A stretch of 63,062 bases of DNA, counting the filler, from Octopus bimaculoides (taxonomy: Eukaryota): NCBI RefSeq assembly GCF_001194135.2. It is 7 parts of 7 records of this genome, joined end to end, with 100 filler letters (N's around TTAATTAATTAA, not from the genome) between each part and the next. Parts side by side here need not be neighbours in the genome. Positions count along the whole stretch, not along the records: positions 43,969 to 51,003 come from NC_069006.1; positions 51,104 to 59,180 come from NC_068993.1; positions 59,281 to 61,705 come from NW_026335433.1; positions 61,806 to 63,062 come from NC_068989.1; 3 more parts are not named here. One strand, given 5' to 3'. This document shows positions 50,029 to 62,886 of the stretch, one piece after another. Numbering within the stretch: the stretch's first letter is position 1; each line of letters begins with the position of its first letter. The position numbers and the translations under genes are program-made. The notes beneath the pieces were generated by a model. The model saw only the letters and a program-made list of their open reading frames with translations, had not been told where the DNA came from and did not search any database.

Positions 50029-50570
50029 ATTTATAATGTCTCAGAATATGTGTATTAGTCAGTGTAGTTTAACCACAGGTCAGCCCAAGTCCAGCAGACC
50101 TGTGAGAAAAAGCATTTCAGCAGCTGTGACACTGTGACACACCTTGGTTTGTTTGTTTGTTTGTTTGTTGTTATTTTTTTAAGGCTGTATTTGTGGCAGA
50201 GAGCAGATCAATCTTGTATTTCCACATTGGTGTGTATACAGATCTGTCTATCTGTCTATCTATCTATCTATCTATCTATCTATCGATCTATCTATCTATC
50301 TATCTATCTGTCTATCTATCTATTTTCGCAAATAATCCTCTCTCTCTCTCTCTCTCTCTCCCTCCCTCAGCCGTCTATATATATTTCTACATACATACAC
50401 ACTACATACATAGGTGAGGTTTCACGGACGTTTCCTAATCAACAAATGGTAATCGAGACCAGCTCCACTTGATAAGGGGAGATAATTTGAATATTCAAGT
50501 GTTCTCTCTAAACTTGACATGCCATTTAAGGAAAAGGACAGGCTCAGTGTCGCGAGATAAGAAAGAGGAC

Positions 50571-50619
<49 letters not shown>

Positions 50620-50852
50620 ACACACACACACAGACACACACTCAATCACACAAAAGCACACGCAAACACACACACAAATACACACACACGCACACATATG
50701 CATGTATCTATATAATGTATGTATAAACGCATATAGATGCATGTATATGTATGTGTTTATGTATGCCTATGTGTTTATATGTATGCATATATGTATGTAT
50801 GTATGTATGCATGTACGTATACATGTATGCGTAAGTATCATACACGTGTACA

Positions 50853-50900
<48 letters not shown>

Positions 50901-50901
<1 letters not shown>

Positions 50902-51003
50902 CATCATCATCATCATCATCGTTTAACGTCCGCTTTCCATGCTAGCATGGGTTGGACGATTTGACTGAGGACTGGTGAAACCGGATGGCAACACCAGGCT
51001 CCA
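50901..51003 (-). mobile_element. Retroposon family C 3' end, little diverged
   Basis: (CAT)n-CGTTTAACGTCCGCTTTCCATGCTAGCATGGGTTGGACG; cut by a gap. Confidence 0.8.
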
Positions 51004-51469
51004 NNNNNNNNNNNNNNNNNNNNNNNNNNNNNNNNNNNNNNNNNNNNTTAATTAATTAANNNNNNNNNNNNNNNNNNNNNNNNNNNNNNNNNNNNNNNNN
51101 NNNTATATATATATATATGCATAAATAAATAAGTTCCAGGCTTTGAAAACAAATTAGTGCAGGAGTTGATTCGTTTGAATAAAATCGTTGAAGGCGAAGT
51201 ACCAGAATCGCCGCTGTCTAATTATGATTTTAGTAAGATGTTAAATGTGACAAAAGGTGAAGTTTTTAAGAAATTTGTTTCTGAAACCAAATTATATTTT
51301 GTGAAAATATTTAGATGGTGGGTGTTGTATACATGTGACCGAGGAAGACCATTGTTGACCTTTAGGAACAATATGTGCTCTAGAACTAACTTATATTTTG
51401 CATTTGCAGCTCCGTTGTTGGCTAATGAGCCCAGCTTTTGACAAGCATACACGACTGCAAATATTGCAA

Positions 51470-53275
51470 ACCAATCTTGCCCCATTCACTACTCTAGCAG
51501 TGCGCTTTTTAGTAGCACGCTTAAATTATTCATGTGGACGAAATGCTCTCTCAAAGCTGTCGACCCCCTCTTAACCGGCTTTCTCCATCTGTTGCGATGA
51601 CAGGCTTTGCTCTCCTAGTCGATCTACTGCATATCACATGCCTTTAATGAGGCCTTGACACAGTTCTTAAATCGCAGCCATGATTTCTGCCAGAGTCTCT
51701 TTCCACTAACAAGTTCCACATATAGCATCTGTTTAGGGATTCTGCTACCCTTCATTGTAATAAGGTGCACCATCCCCTCACTACTCAAGATATTTGCTTT
51801 ACTCAGGATCTATGTGTCTGGAGTTTTTAAGGTCCAGCCAACATTCAAAATGTGTCTCAGACATCTCTGATGAAAGCATCGAAGGACTTTACATAATGTT
51901 TTGTGTCCCGCCATGCCACCACCAACATTGACCCAAGCCCCCATCCCATCATGAGATAATTTAATTATAGATACAAAATCATGCGGACACCCAAGTTTGC
52001 CAAGTATTTTTCATAACAAGGCCCAATTCACAGTATCAAAAACCTTAGTTAAATCAATGAATACCTGGACAAGATCTATATTCTGCTCGTAGCACTTTTC
52101 CTTCATATGTTGTGAAAATCATATGCATTGTCCTTCTACCAGATCGAAAGCCACATTGAGATTCAGATAGGACGTCATTTACGAGACACTCATTGAGGCG
52201 GGTAAGAAAAATATTTGCCAGAAACTTGTCAGCAGCTGATAGTAGAGCAATACCTCTGTAGAAACCATACATTATTCTGGCTCCTTTTCCTTTACAGAGA
52301 CGAAGAATAATTGCTTCCTTCCAGGCTTTAGGTACTGCACCATCCCTCCAGACTACAATAATAAGTTCATGAAGGGACTGTGTGATGTAATCACCACCGA
52401 ATCGCAAGACCTCAGCACAAATTCCATCCCCCCTACCCGGCAGGTGCCCTACTAAGATTCAATTTACTTATTGCTGTCTATTGAGGGCTTGGAATTTAAG
52501 GATCTAATGACATGTTTTTGTTGCATAGTAGCAATCAATGTTTCATCCACAATTGACTCATGGCTTAGGAGTTCAGAGAATTGTTCAGTCCAGCCGCCTG
52601 TGATTCCCGTTGATTTAGTAAATAGAGAATAATACTCCTTGGAAAACAAAGGAGTTCACGCAGAGATCTTAGTCCCGTAAACTTGCTCCATAAGACAGAT
52701 TTTTGCTATCATTTGCATCAACAGCAGCCTGAACATCACGAACAAGACCATCCCATCAAGTGTTCTGCACCTTCCTGAGAGATCGCTGCAGTAGTGATTT
52801 TATACCTGTATAGTAGGCAAGTGCTAGATTTCGCTGCACAGCTGAAAGTCTTCTGTGCAGCAATACAATGTGGGCATGGCGCTTTACAAACAATAGTCGC
52901 TGAACTTCAGCATCATTTTCATGAAACCAGTCTCTGTGTCTGGCAGTAGCATATCTCAGTGTTTCAGCAGTACATTGAAGAACCTGGTCTCGAAAATATT
53001 GAGATGGTGGGTGTTGTATACATCTTCTTGGTTTGGTTTCGCTAACGAAGATTAGGAAGGGTGTTTTCCACGTCGTCTGCACGCTCGTTCATGGCTGCTA
53101 AAGCCGATGTGAGATCGACATATTCGATTATAATGATGGCAGAGGTATGATTGTCCAGAGTCTGGTGATGCAGCTGCATTATTTTTTCGCATCTGACGTT
53201 TGTCTTCAAGAGAGGCACTGCACAATATCTCAAAGGTGAAAACAGCATTGCTGATGGAATGGAGCCAAGCAGCAC
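51470..53275 (-). mobile_element. RTE/BovB-like LINE (APE tail, RT, C-terminus), internally deleted and degenerate
   Basis: VPKAWKEAII..L.KGKG...YRGIALLS...SESQCGFRSGR; FIDLTKVFDTVN; FHQRCLRHIL; IPKQMLY.EL; KASLKAC. Confidence 0.85.
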
Positions 53276-53279
53276 GGTC

Positions 53280-53890
53280 AGCTGTTAGAGTGGACCACTC
53301 ACGATAATCAATCTCATAAATTCTAAGGGACTGCTTCAGGCAGTCCTTATAACGCTTCTTTGGTGCCCTTCTGTCGCGGTGGACAGAGGTGAGCTCACCG
53401 TACGTACATGATAATCTTGAGTAGGCGGTGGTCTTTCATCCTGTGAACGTGGCCTGCCTAACGTAGTCGTGTCTCAAGTAAAATGGTTTTGCTCACTTGA
53501 GGACCTCAGTGTTGCTCCAGTAGATGTTGATGACAGTACAAAGGCAGCGTTAGTGAAAACGTTCAAGGTGACTAAGATGACAACGGCTGGGGACCCAGTA
53601 CTCAGAACCATATAGGATCATCGTGAGGACGACGGCTCTGTAGACTCTGAATGTTCTGCTTATCTTAAGATGCTTATTATTCCACACACACCTGTGCAGT
53701 CTGCTAAATGTTTTGTTTGCCTTTGCAAGTCTTGTCAATATCTTTATCGATACTCGCATCTGATGACATGGTACATCCAAGATAAGTAAACTGCTGTACC
53801 GACATAAGTTCTGTTTCGGCAATGGTGATGTGGGCATCCTGTACTCTTCCTGGAGATCTGGTTGGTGTAGGATTTCAGTCTTTTTCAAGC
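53280..53890 (-). mobile_element. Second RTE-like LINE, 3' portion
   Basis: KKTEILHQP...RLAKANKTFSRLHRCVWNNKHLK...VYRAVVLTMILYGSE.W...LERFH. Confidence 0.85.
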
Positions 53891-53944
53891 TTACATCCAG
53901 TCCAAAGAGATGGACGACCTCTGCAAAGAAGGATGTGATGCGTT

Positions 53945-54080
53945 GCGGGGTTTAGAAATTACCCCTAAGACACCCCATGAATGCTGGAGGGTATATCAGC
54001 CGAACAACAAACAAGATGAGGACAAATGTCCGGCAATTGTAAATAATGTACATAATTCCTCATCTCTTAAATATAGAACT
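53945..54080 (+). mobile_element. Degenerate third copy of the hammerhead-bearing SINE body
   Basis: GACACCCCATGAATGCTGGAGGGTATATCAGCCGAA...CAAACAAGATGAGGACAAAT...TGTAAATAATGTACATAATTCCTCATCTCTTAAATATAGAACTG. Confidence 0.7.
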
Positions 54081-54659
54081 GAACATGAAATTAGTTACCT
54101 GATAGTAAGAATTCAAATAAAGTAGCCTCGAAAAGGGCTTTAATGCGTTCTCAGAGTATATAGAACATAGGAGGAAATACTAATAAGGTAGGTATACTAA
54201 AATCGCGAAGCATGTGTTTCTTAATAACAGGCTAATCTGTTATGAGATAATAACAGTTCAAAGTAAATAACTCCGAAAAGGGCTTTTGTAATTTGCCAGA
54301 GAAAATTACCCTTGGAACGCTAGTGTTGGTATATTCGGGAATAAGTCACTAACCGAAATAATTGGATCTATTATTTACAAAATACTATTTACTTCCTTAA
54401 GGGCTGTACTGAATAAATTGCAAAAATAACTCTAACAGTTCAAATACTAAGAAATAAGCATATTCAGTTTCATTTTTACTAAATAATTTAGGAAAATGAA
54501 TGGGTTATTTCCCTTGGTTATATAAGGAACCCTTCCAGAGACCATATTATCGACATTTTTCAACAAGCTGAGTATGCTATGAGGTTTCCAGACATTAGTT
54601 CTACTCACGTGTCAAGTTTCATCAAAATCTATAAAACGATGTAGGAGGAGTTAGCTAAC

Positions 54660-55985
54660 AACTCCACAGACACTCTCGCAGAGCCAATGTACAGTTATCC
54701 AACACCACGTGGGGCTTCGTGCCCTCAAACTCTACCTTGACCTTCGACCTAACCACCAACCTGAGACATCCACACTTCTTCATCTGGTCGAACTTGTTCT
54801 CTCCCTTAATTGCTTCTCGTTCGCGGGTAACTTTCTCCGTCTCGGGAGTCGCCATGGGAACGAGAATGGGCCCCAACTATGCGAACTTGTTCGTTGGCTA
54901 CGTTGAGGCCCAAATATTGTCACATTTCACTGGTCCCACTCCCGAACTATACGGTCGTTATATTGATGATTCTATCGTTGCGACCTCGTTCTCCTATGAG
55001 CAACTAGACTCCTTCCTCTGCTTTGTCAAATCTTTCCATCCTGCCCTCGAATTCTCCTGCACTATTTCCAACATTTCCTTCACCTTTCTAGACATTTCGG
55101 TCAGCATTCATCACTTCACTCGCACCACCTCCATCCACTAAGAACACACCGGAGCACACTCATACCTCAACTTCTCCTCGTCTCACCCCAAACACACCAA
55201 GTTCTTCATCTCCTACTCCCAATTCTTCCGTCTACGCAGGCTCTGCCGTGACAACCATGATTTTGAGACTCAGTCTCAACTCATGGCTCGCCAATTCATC
55301 CTTTGTGGATATCCTCTCACCACTATCCACACCGCCCTTGCCAGAGCATGTTCAGTGGGCCGTGCATTTGCTCTCTCTCCCTGCCCCCGCTCCGCCGTCT
55401 CCCACTTCCCCCACCTACCACCTCTCCACCCTACTTCTCCAACGTACTATTCTCCGAGCCTTCTGACAACTCCAGTCCGTCCCCTCTACTTCGTACATCT
55501 TCTCTAACCTACCCATCCACTCCTTCAAAAGAGCCCACAATCTACGTGACATCCTGGTTCACAGTTTCTTCCCTAACCCAACCTTCCAATCCGGCTCGTT
55601 CCCTCATCCCACCCACACTGCAGCACTTGCCCTTACCTCTCCAACACCACCATCCTCACAGGCGCCCATCATCGACCCTATCATATCACTGATACCTTCA
55701 TCTGCACTTCTAGCAACGTCATTTACTGCAAATCCTTTTCTCTCTGTCCTTCTCTGTACATCGGTCAAATGGGACGCCGCTTGGCTGACCGGTTCGCAGA
55801 ATACCTCCGAGACATCAGACTCGGCAACGACACCCCGGTCTCACGCCATTTCCGCTCTACCGGTCATTCTTTGCAACACCTGTGTGTTTTCTGATTTCCT
55901 TGCGCAGGGGCCATCCGGACTCCCGTCTTCGCTGTGAACAGGAATTATTCTTCTCTCTTCGTTTCTTTGTTCCACATGTACTCAA
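54660..55985 (+). mobile_element. Penelope-like element (RT plus GIY-YIG, Neptune/Poseidon-like), frameshifted
   Basis: SGVAMGTRMGPNYANLFVG...YGRYIDD...FLDISV; SYLNFSSSHP; SQFFRLRRLC; CSTCPY...FICTSSNVIYC...C.SLYIGQMGRRLADRFAEYL. Confidence 0.9.
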
Positions 55986-56229
55986 CTGCTCTCCCCTTTT
56001 CATCTGACTNNNNNNNNNNNNNNNNNNNNNNNNNNNNNNNNNNNNNNNNNNNNNNNNNNNNNNNNNNNNNNNNNNNNNNNNNNNNNNNNNNNNNNNNNNN
56101 NNNNNNNNNNNNNNNNNNNNNNNNNNNNNNNNNNNNNNNNNNNNNNNNNNNNNNNNNNNNNNNNNNNNNNNNNNNNNNNNNNNNNNNNNNNNNNNNNNNN
56201 NNNNNNNNNNNNNNNNNNNNNNNNNNNNT

Positions 56230-56525
56230 ATACTCTACCCCTATCTCACACTCTCACCCCAGCCACACCCCACACTTAGAACTCCATTACATCCCCTTAC
56301 CACCACACCACACCATGCTACACCGCACCACACACCACCACACCACGCACCACAACATCACAACATGCCACATCACACCACCCCGCACACACTGGAACTG
56401 ACCACTTTCCAGCACCCACATCATTATCCACACACTTATACATGCACACAAACACACGTCAAGGTCACCAACCCCTATCCACACGCGCACACACGCTCTG
56501 ACATACACACGCACGTGCACCTTCG
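56230..56525. repeat. CAC/CA-rich low-complexity tract
   Basis: Direct read. Confidence 0.85.
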
Positions 56526-56648
56526 TTTTGGAATCACCACTACTTTATTATCTCCCCTTCTTCCTAGCTCTACTGTCCGGCCATCACCATGATTGACTGC
56601 TAGCCACTAAAGCTTTTTAAAATTCTCTCGGTATATTTTCTCGAGTTC

Positions 56649-56684
56649 CTTTCTGTTGAAGAGCGTAGGCTCGAAACGTAAAAT
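56649..56684 (+). ncRNA. Atypical minimal hammerhead-like motif (CUGUUGA core) in a probable PLE terminal repeat
   Basis: CUUU-CUGUUGA-A-GAGC(GUAG)GCUC-GAA-ACGU-A-AAA; same strand as, and downstream of, the PLE at 54660-55985. Confidence 0.5.
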
Positions 56685-56972
56685 ACTTTCTCACCTTCCC
56701 TAGCGTTAAACTAATACACTTGTTTGTTGATTACACACCTGTCATCGTCTTTTGTTTTTTGTAAAATCCAACTATACGTATATATATAAACTGCTTGAGG
56801 CAATATATCATAAACTGAATATTTCATCGTCACTAAATGTTGTGACTAATGGTCCAAAGCACCTATATTGCAAGAGATAAGATTTCTAAACCTATAATAC
56901 TGTAAGGGGCGCGCAATACATAAACATTGACAAGGTAGATAACCACCACATGAATGTCTTTATGATCACGAG

Positions 56973-57014
56973 ACTACACTAGTTTCGCCTATTAGTCGTA
57001 GGCTCGTCAGTAGT
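56973..57014 (-). ncRNA. Type I minimal hammerhead motif with canonical core but G at the cleavage position
   Basis: ACUA-CUGACGA-GCCUA(CGACUAA)UAGGC-GAA-ACUAGU-G-UAGU. Confidence 0.6.
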
Positions 57015-57129
57015 GATTACTCAAATGCTCGATGGTTTGGCTAAGTCAGGCTGTCAGTATATATATTTTTTATTATAAACCTTTATGACTGATTTAGGGA
57101 AATGCTAATGTTTATATGTAAAATTGATA

Positions 57130-57910
57130 TAAACAGCTCACTAATTGTGATTAAGAGTGCCATTGCGAAGGACCTCAATGTTTCAGAATGTACAATGACA
57201 AAAATTGTGTATTAAGACATTCAGTTAAGTCGTATGTGATGCAGTGGACTCAGTTTTTCAGATGTAACAAGGGAGAATCGTTTGATACAGCCGTAGTGCT
57301 TGCTAAACAACTGGTTGGAATAATTTGGTTTAGAATAATTGGTTTTAATAATTTGGTTTAGAATAACTTCGATCGTGACCAAAAGGGAAACATAAGGGAA
57401 GACTGATGGCTATGCAAATTATGAATGTTTTTCCAACATTCATGCTAAGTTCTGAGCAATAGTGATAGTTCTGGGAGACGTCGGCAACGAGGTAGATATC
57501 ATGCCGTCTCACTTCTTTTCACAGGGCTTTAGAGTAAATGGTGCTGTCTACACAGACGAGTTGGAGAAAGTTGCCAAAACCTGAATAAAAAGATTGCGCA
57601 ACGAAATGCCGTACTTCTTCCAAGACAACTCTGCGTCGTCTTAGAATGGTAGGCTACCTAATTGTGGATACGTACCAGTCTCTATTATCTAGTTCTCCAA
57701 CCCATATAATCTTCTAAGTTACCAGCCCTGAAACCAGTGAACTATTGTGTATGTGGCACAGGCGAGGGAGAGGCCAGCCAACATACTCCTAAGTCCGTCA
57801 AAACCAGGACTTCAAAACTAGGTAAGATCACCTGATAGGAACATGTCAATGCTTTCGACCACGTTTTGAAGCAATTATTTATACTAACGATGGATTCATT
57901 GAACAGAGTT
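57130..57910 (+). mobile_element. Degenerate maT-like transposase fragment
   Basis: IAKDLNVSECT (HTH-like); HAKF.AIVIVLGDVGNEVDIMPSHFF.QG.RVN..VY..LEKV.K.....PYFFQDNSA. Confidence 0.7.
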
Positions 57911-58762
57911 GATAAAAGCATTTTGAAGACTATTCATATCTGTTTGTTTTCAGATATAGCTATTTTTTTGATGAGCAATGCATCATTTTCAAAATCTCTA
58001 CAAATACCCCTAAAAGACTGATGCGGATGCACAATATATATATNNNNNNNNNNNNNNNNNNNNNNNNNNNNNNNNNNNNNNNNNNNNNNNNNNNNNNNNN
58101 NNNNNNNNNNNNNNNNNNNNNNNNNNNNNNNNNNNNNNNNNNNNNNNNNNNNNNNNNNNNNNNNNNNNNNNNNNNNNNNNNNNNNNNNNNNNNNNNNNNN
58201 NNNNNNNNNNNNNNNNNNNNNNNNNNNNNNNNNNNNNNNNNNNNNNNNNNNNNNNNNNNNNNNNNNNNNNNNNNNNNNNNTATATATATAAAGAATTTGA
58301 CACAGCTAGAAAATATTTTCAGTTTCGTTGTTTCGGTATTCTGCTGGCTGATATATGTAGCGACATCATTTCTTTACATGGGATCTAATAGACTGTAGGT
58401 TGGACAAGATGTTGGCAGTTGTTAAGCAATTAGTTTTCATTCTATAACAATTACCAAATGAGGCCAGTTAGACCTCAGGCGGCATGCCTTGGGTTACCAG
58501 TAATTAAAATATTGAAATCCATTAACAAGTTGTTTTTTTATATCTTTTATGTTTGTTTGCTCATTTGCGGCTGCTTATTTATGTATTGTTTCTCACAGAA
58601 GCACAGTCGGCAATTGCGAGCTACAGGTGGTCTTACTAGTTTAGTGTCGAATGATATCTTCGAATGGTGTGTATGTATAGACCACAGCATTTGAAAAGTA
58701 GGGTCAACTCAACTAACAGCTATCAGATTTCTGAAATTACAGATTATTATATAGAGTGGCGG

Positions 58763-58819
<57 letters not shown>

Positions 58820-59473
58820 TGCGTATCTATTTACATCTGCTGGCGTGTTTAATAAGTATTCTGTATTATATTATCATCGATAGCTAAGCTTGAGGCAATG
58901 AGAATTCAGGAGTTTCTGATATTTGTGGTTTCGGGGGTCGATGGTTCTGATTAGCATTAGAAAGCTCTTCGCTGTATTAGCGGAAACTTGTACATCGAAT
59001 GCAGGAAGGAACCAGATAACTTTTCTCACTCTAACCTCTCATTGGGTACGAGAAGATTATTCCTATACATTATACACATATCCTTGGAGATTCCACTCCC
59101 CAGTGCTTCATTATGGTGCGCTACGAGACTAGTGGTTCTTTATCTTTGTTGGTCTTTCTGCACGGTTAGTGCATATATATNNNNNNNNNNNNNNNNNNNN
59201 NNNNNNNNNNNNNNNNNNNNNNNNTTAATTAATTAANNNNNNNNNNNNNNNNNNNNNNNNNNNNNNNNNNNNNNNNNNNNGAGAGAAATAGAGAGAGAGA
59301 AAGAGAGAGAGAGAAAGAGAGAGAGAGAGACAGAGGGGGGAGCTAAGAAGAAACTTGTATGTGACCCAGGAGATACGAGATTATAGTATGATTACGCAGA
59401 TATATACACACACACACACACGCACGCACACACATACACGCATGATAAAAACATACATAGAAAGATACGCGTG

Positions 59474-59532
<59 letters not shown>

Positions 59533-59924
59533 GCGTGCATCTTTCTGTGTATGTTTTTATCTGGTGTGTGTGTATGTATATATACACACATATATTAATA
59601 TATATATGAGAAGAGAGGAAAAGACGGGTGTATGAATACATTTGCGTCAAAACCCAATAAACATTGGATCGAGAGGAAAATGTTCTTAACAATGAATCAC
59701 GTGACTACCAGGCACATCTCAGTTTCTTGGGACTCCTTAATAACATGTCATCGTTAGTCACATGCCAAGACGAAAATTTTCCCCTCTGATATATGGTAAA
59801 CTGTGTATTAAACATTCATTGATATTGCGTTTAGCTGCTGATCTGAATTAAAAAAACGTTGCAAGCAGTTGAAACAGTATAGGATTAAAATAGCTACTTA
59901 TATACCGTACTAAATGTGCATACA

Positions 59925-60061
59925 AAAAGCTTGCTTTCAAACTACATCGTTTCGAGTTGAGTGCCACAGTGTGGCACTTTGGGCGAGTGTATTTTAATAA
60001 AGTCTCGGCCCTACCAACGATTTGTGAATGGATTTGGTTGGCGGAAACTGAAAGAAGCCCG

Positions 60062-60100
<39 letters not shown>

Positions 60101-60310
60101 TGTATATATATATGTATGTATGTATGTATGTATATGTGTGTGTTATGTGTGTCTTTGTGTCTGTGTTTGTCCTTCACCACAGCTTGGCAACCGGTATCGG
60201 CAAAAGAGACGGATGGAAAATATATCAGAGAACATCAGTATTAAGGTAGATTCCTTCAACTAAAATTGCTCCAGGCGATGCTCCAGCAGGGCACCGATTA
60301 ACTAGTTAAG
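59925..60310 (+). mobile_element. Composite SINE family B, diverged
   Basis: GTGGCACTTTGGGCGAGTG...GGATTTGGTTGGCGGAAACTGAAAGAAGCCCG, TA tract, GGCAAAAGAGAC...GATGCTCCAGCA. Confidence 0.75.
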
Positions 60311-62245
60311 CAAAAAAAAAAGAAGAGAAATTAATACAGTTTACCTATTTCCCACACATTCCAGGGCCAAACAGATCAAGAACAAAAATAAAACAAAACA
60401 AAAAACATCGAAACCAACAGAAACCAATATATAGAACTCAGTTTAATTTCACGAGTAAACTTTTCCGTTGATCGGATCAACTGGAAAAACTCATTGTCAT
60501 CGTCGTAACCGACGAAGTGCCAGTTTAAATATACCCACTGTATGCGTATATACATTTGAGAATAGCTGGTGGCTGAAGTACCCGCGTGTATACTGCGATA
60601 CTTTCAAAAAATGCATCCGCCCCACTCACGACGCAAACAATTATATTTATTTAATAAACAACTAAATTCAATTAGCATTTCTAATAAGATACCCCCTCCC
60701 CCTCTTCTTCTTCTTCTTCTNNNNNNNNNNNNNNNNNNNNNNNNNNNNNNNNNNNNNNNNNNNNNNNNNNNNNNNNNNNNNNNNNNNNNNNNNNNNNNNN
60801 NNNNNNNNNNNNNNNNNNNNNNNNNNNNNNNNNNNNNNNNNNNNNNNNNNNNNNNNNNNNNNNNNNNNNNNNNNNNNNNNNNNNNNNNNNNNNNNNNNNN
60901 NNNNNNNNNNNNNNNNNNNNNNNNNNNNNNNNNNNNNNNNNNNNNNNNNNNNNNNNNNNNNNNNNNNNNNNNNNNNNNNNNNNNNNNNNNNNNNNNNNNN
61001 NNNNNNNNNNNNNNNNNNNNNNNNNNNNNNNNNNNNNNNNNNNNNNNNNNNNNNNNNNNNNNNNNNNNNNNNNNNNNNNNNNNNNNNNNNNNNNNNNNNN
61101 NNNNNNNNNNNNNNNNNNNNNNNNNNNNNNNNNNNNNNNNNNNNNNNNNNNNNNNNNNNNNNNNNNNNNNNNNNNNNNNNNNNNNNNNNNNNNNNNNNNN
61201 NNNNNNNNNNNNNNNNNNNNNNNNNNNNNNNNNNNNNNNNNNNNNNNNNNNNNNNNNNNNNNNNNNNNNNNNNNNNNNNNNNNNNNNNNNNNNNNNNNNN
61301 NNNNNNNNNNNNNNNNNNNNNNNNNNNNNNNNNNNNNNNNNNNNNNNNNNNNNNNNNNNNATATATATGTATATATATAAAGCGTGTTAATTGCATATCT
61401 GTTTGATGTCATTATCACTACTACTCCTCTTTGTCAAAGCCGTGCCGCCTGTCTGTCTCTCTCTCTCCGTCTTCCCCCTCTCTCTCTCTTTCTACATACA
61501 TACACATATATATATACATATATATACATGTATATACAAGGTACATCTCAGTGATTGAGACATGTCATTGTACTCCTGGGTGTTTAAACACACTACTTAA
61601 TTCTCAACACAAAAGTCGATGATGTGCTTCATATATACATACATATACATACATTTATATATGTATATATATGTATATATATATATATGTATATATATAC
61701 ATACANNNNNNNNNNNNNNNNNNNNNNNNNNNNNNNNNNNNNNNNNNNNTTAATTAATTAANNNNNNNNNNNNNNNNNNNNNNNNNNNNNNNNNNNNNNN
61801 NNNNNATATCAATTTCTACCCTTATTAATAAATTTTTATATATATATATATATATATATATTTACATATAAGCATACATGCATACATGCATGCATACATA
61901 CATACATACATACATACATACATACATACATACATACATAACAGTGAGTGCATATCTAAGTATATACTTATACAAGCACAAACCGAGACACACATACGCA
62001 AAAAACACATTCTCAATGTGTTGATATACCATTTGTAGACTCACTATTAAATTCAGATATGTGCGCTTGTGTATTCTACTGTATTTTTTATAACACCATT
62101 ACTTGTGTATATGCAACTTTTTCAAAATTTATTTGTGCGCATGCGTGTGTTAATGTGTTGAAAAACCGGGGAACTTGGATGCTGACATCCTTTTAAGAGG
62201 TATTTATATCCTTGAAATAATTTACACACACACACACACACACAC

Positions 62246-62778
62246 ATCTGAAATATAATATGTGACAATTATTCGGTTGCCATAATGAAATTCCGAGTTT
62301 CGGATGTCGGGGCGGGAATCTGCTCCGGCATCTCGTCAGTTATTAAGACAAACAAAAGAGCTATTAGAATGACCGTTAAATAAAGTGGAAAAAACCGAGG
62401 GGGAGAAAGTAAAAACGCTTATAGAATTCCGGTATGCGCGTATGTACATGCATACACATGCGCCCACTCACACTCGCGCACATTTGCGTGCACGCATGTA
62501 TATGTATGTACATGAGCGCATACGCGAATTCTATGAGCACTTTTTACAGTCTCCCCTTCGGTTTTTTCCCTTTATTTAACGATCATTCTAATAGCTCTTT
62601 TGTTTGTCTTAATAACGGTCATTTACATAGTAATTTTCCTTTGTTTAACGGTCATTTTTATAGCATTTTTGTTTGTCTTAATAACTGAAGAGATGCCGGA
62701 GCAGCTTTCCGCTCCGACATCCGAAACTCGGAGTTTTATTATGGCAACCAAATAATTGTCACATATTATATTACAGAT
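62246..62778. mobile_element. Foldback palindromic MITE (~530 bp)
   Basis: ATCTG(A/T)AATATAATATGTGACAATTAT..GGTTGCCATAA...TCCGAGTTTCGGATGTCGG present in inverted orientation at both ends; pairing continues to ~62460/62490. Confidence 0.88.
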
Positions 62779-62886
62779 AAATTCCTCTATTTACATAATA
62801 TCGAGCTCTCATTAATTCTTTTGTTGTCATACTCTTACTATTAATATATACACTATGAATATATATACTATTAATACATATACTGT

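Noticed and set aside
58950-58995. CGCT-GTATT-AGCG-GAAAC stem resembling hammerhead helix II
   Set aside because: No CUGANGA upstream
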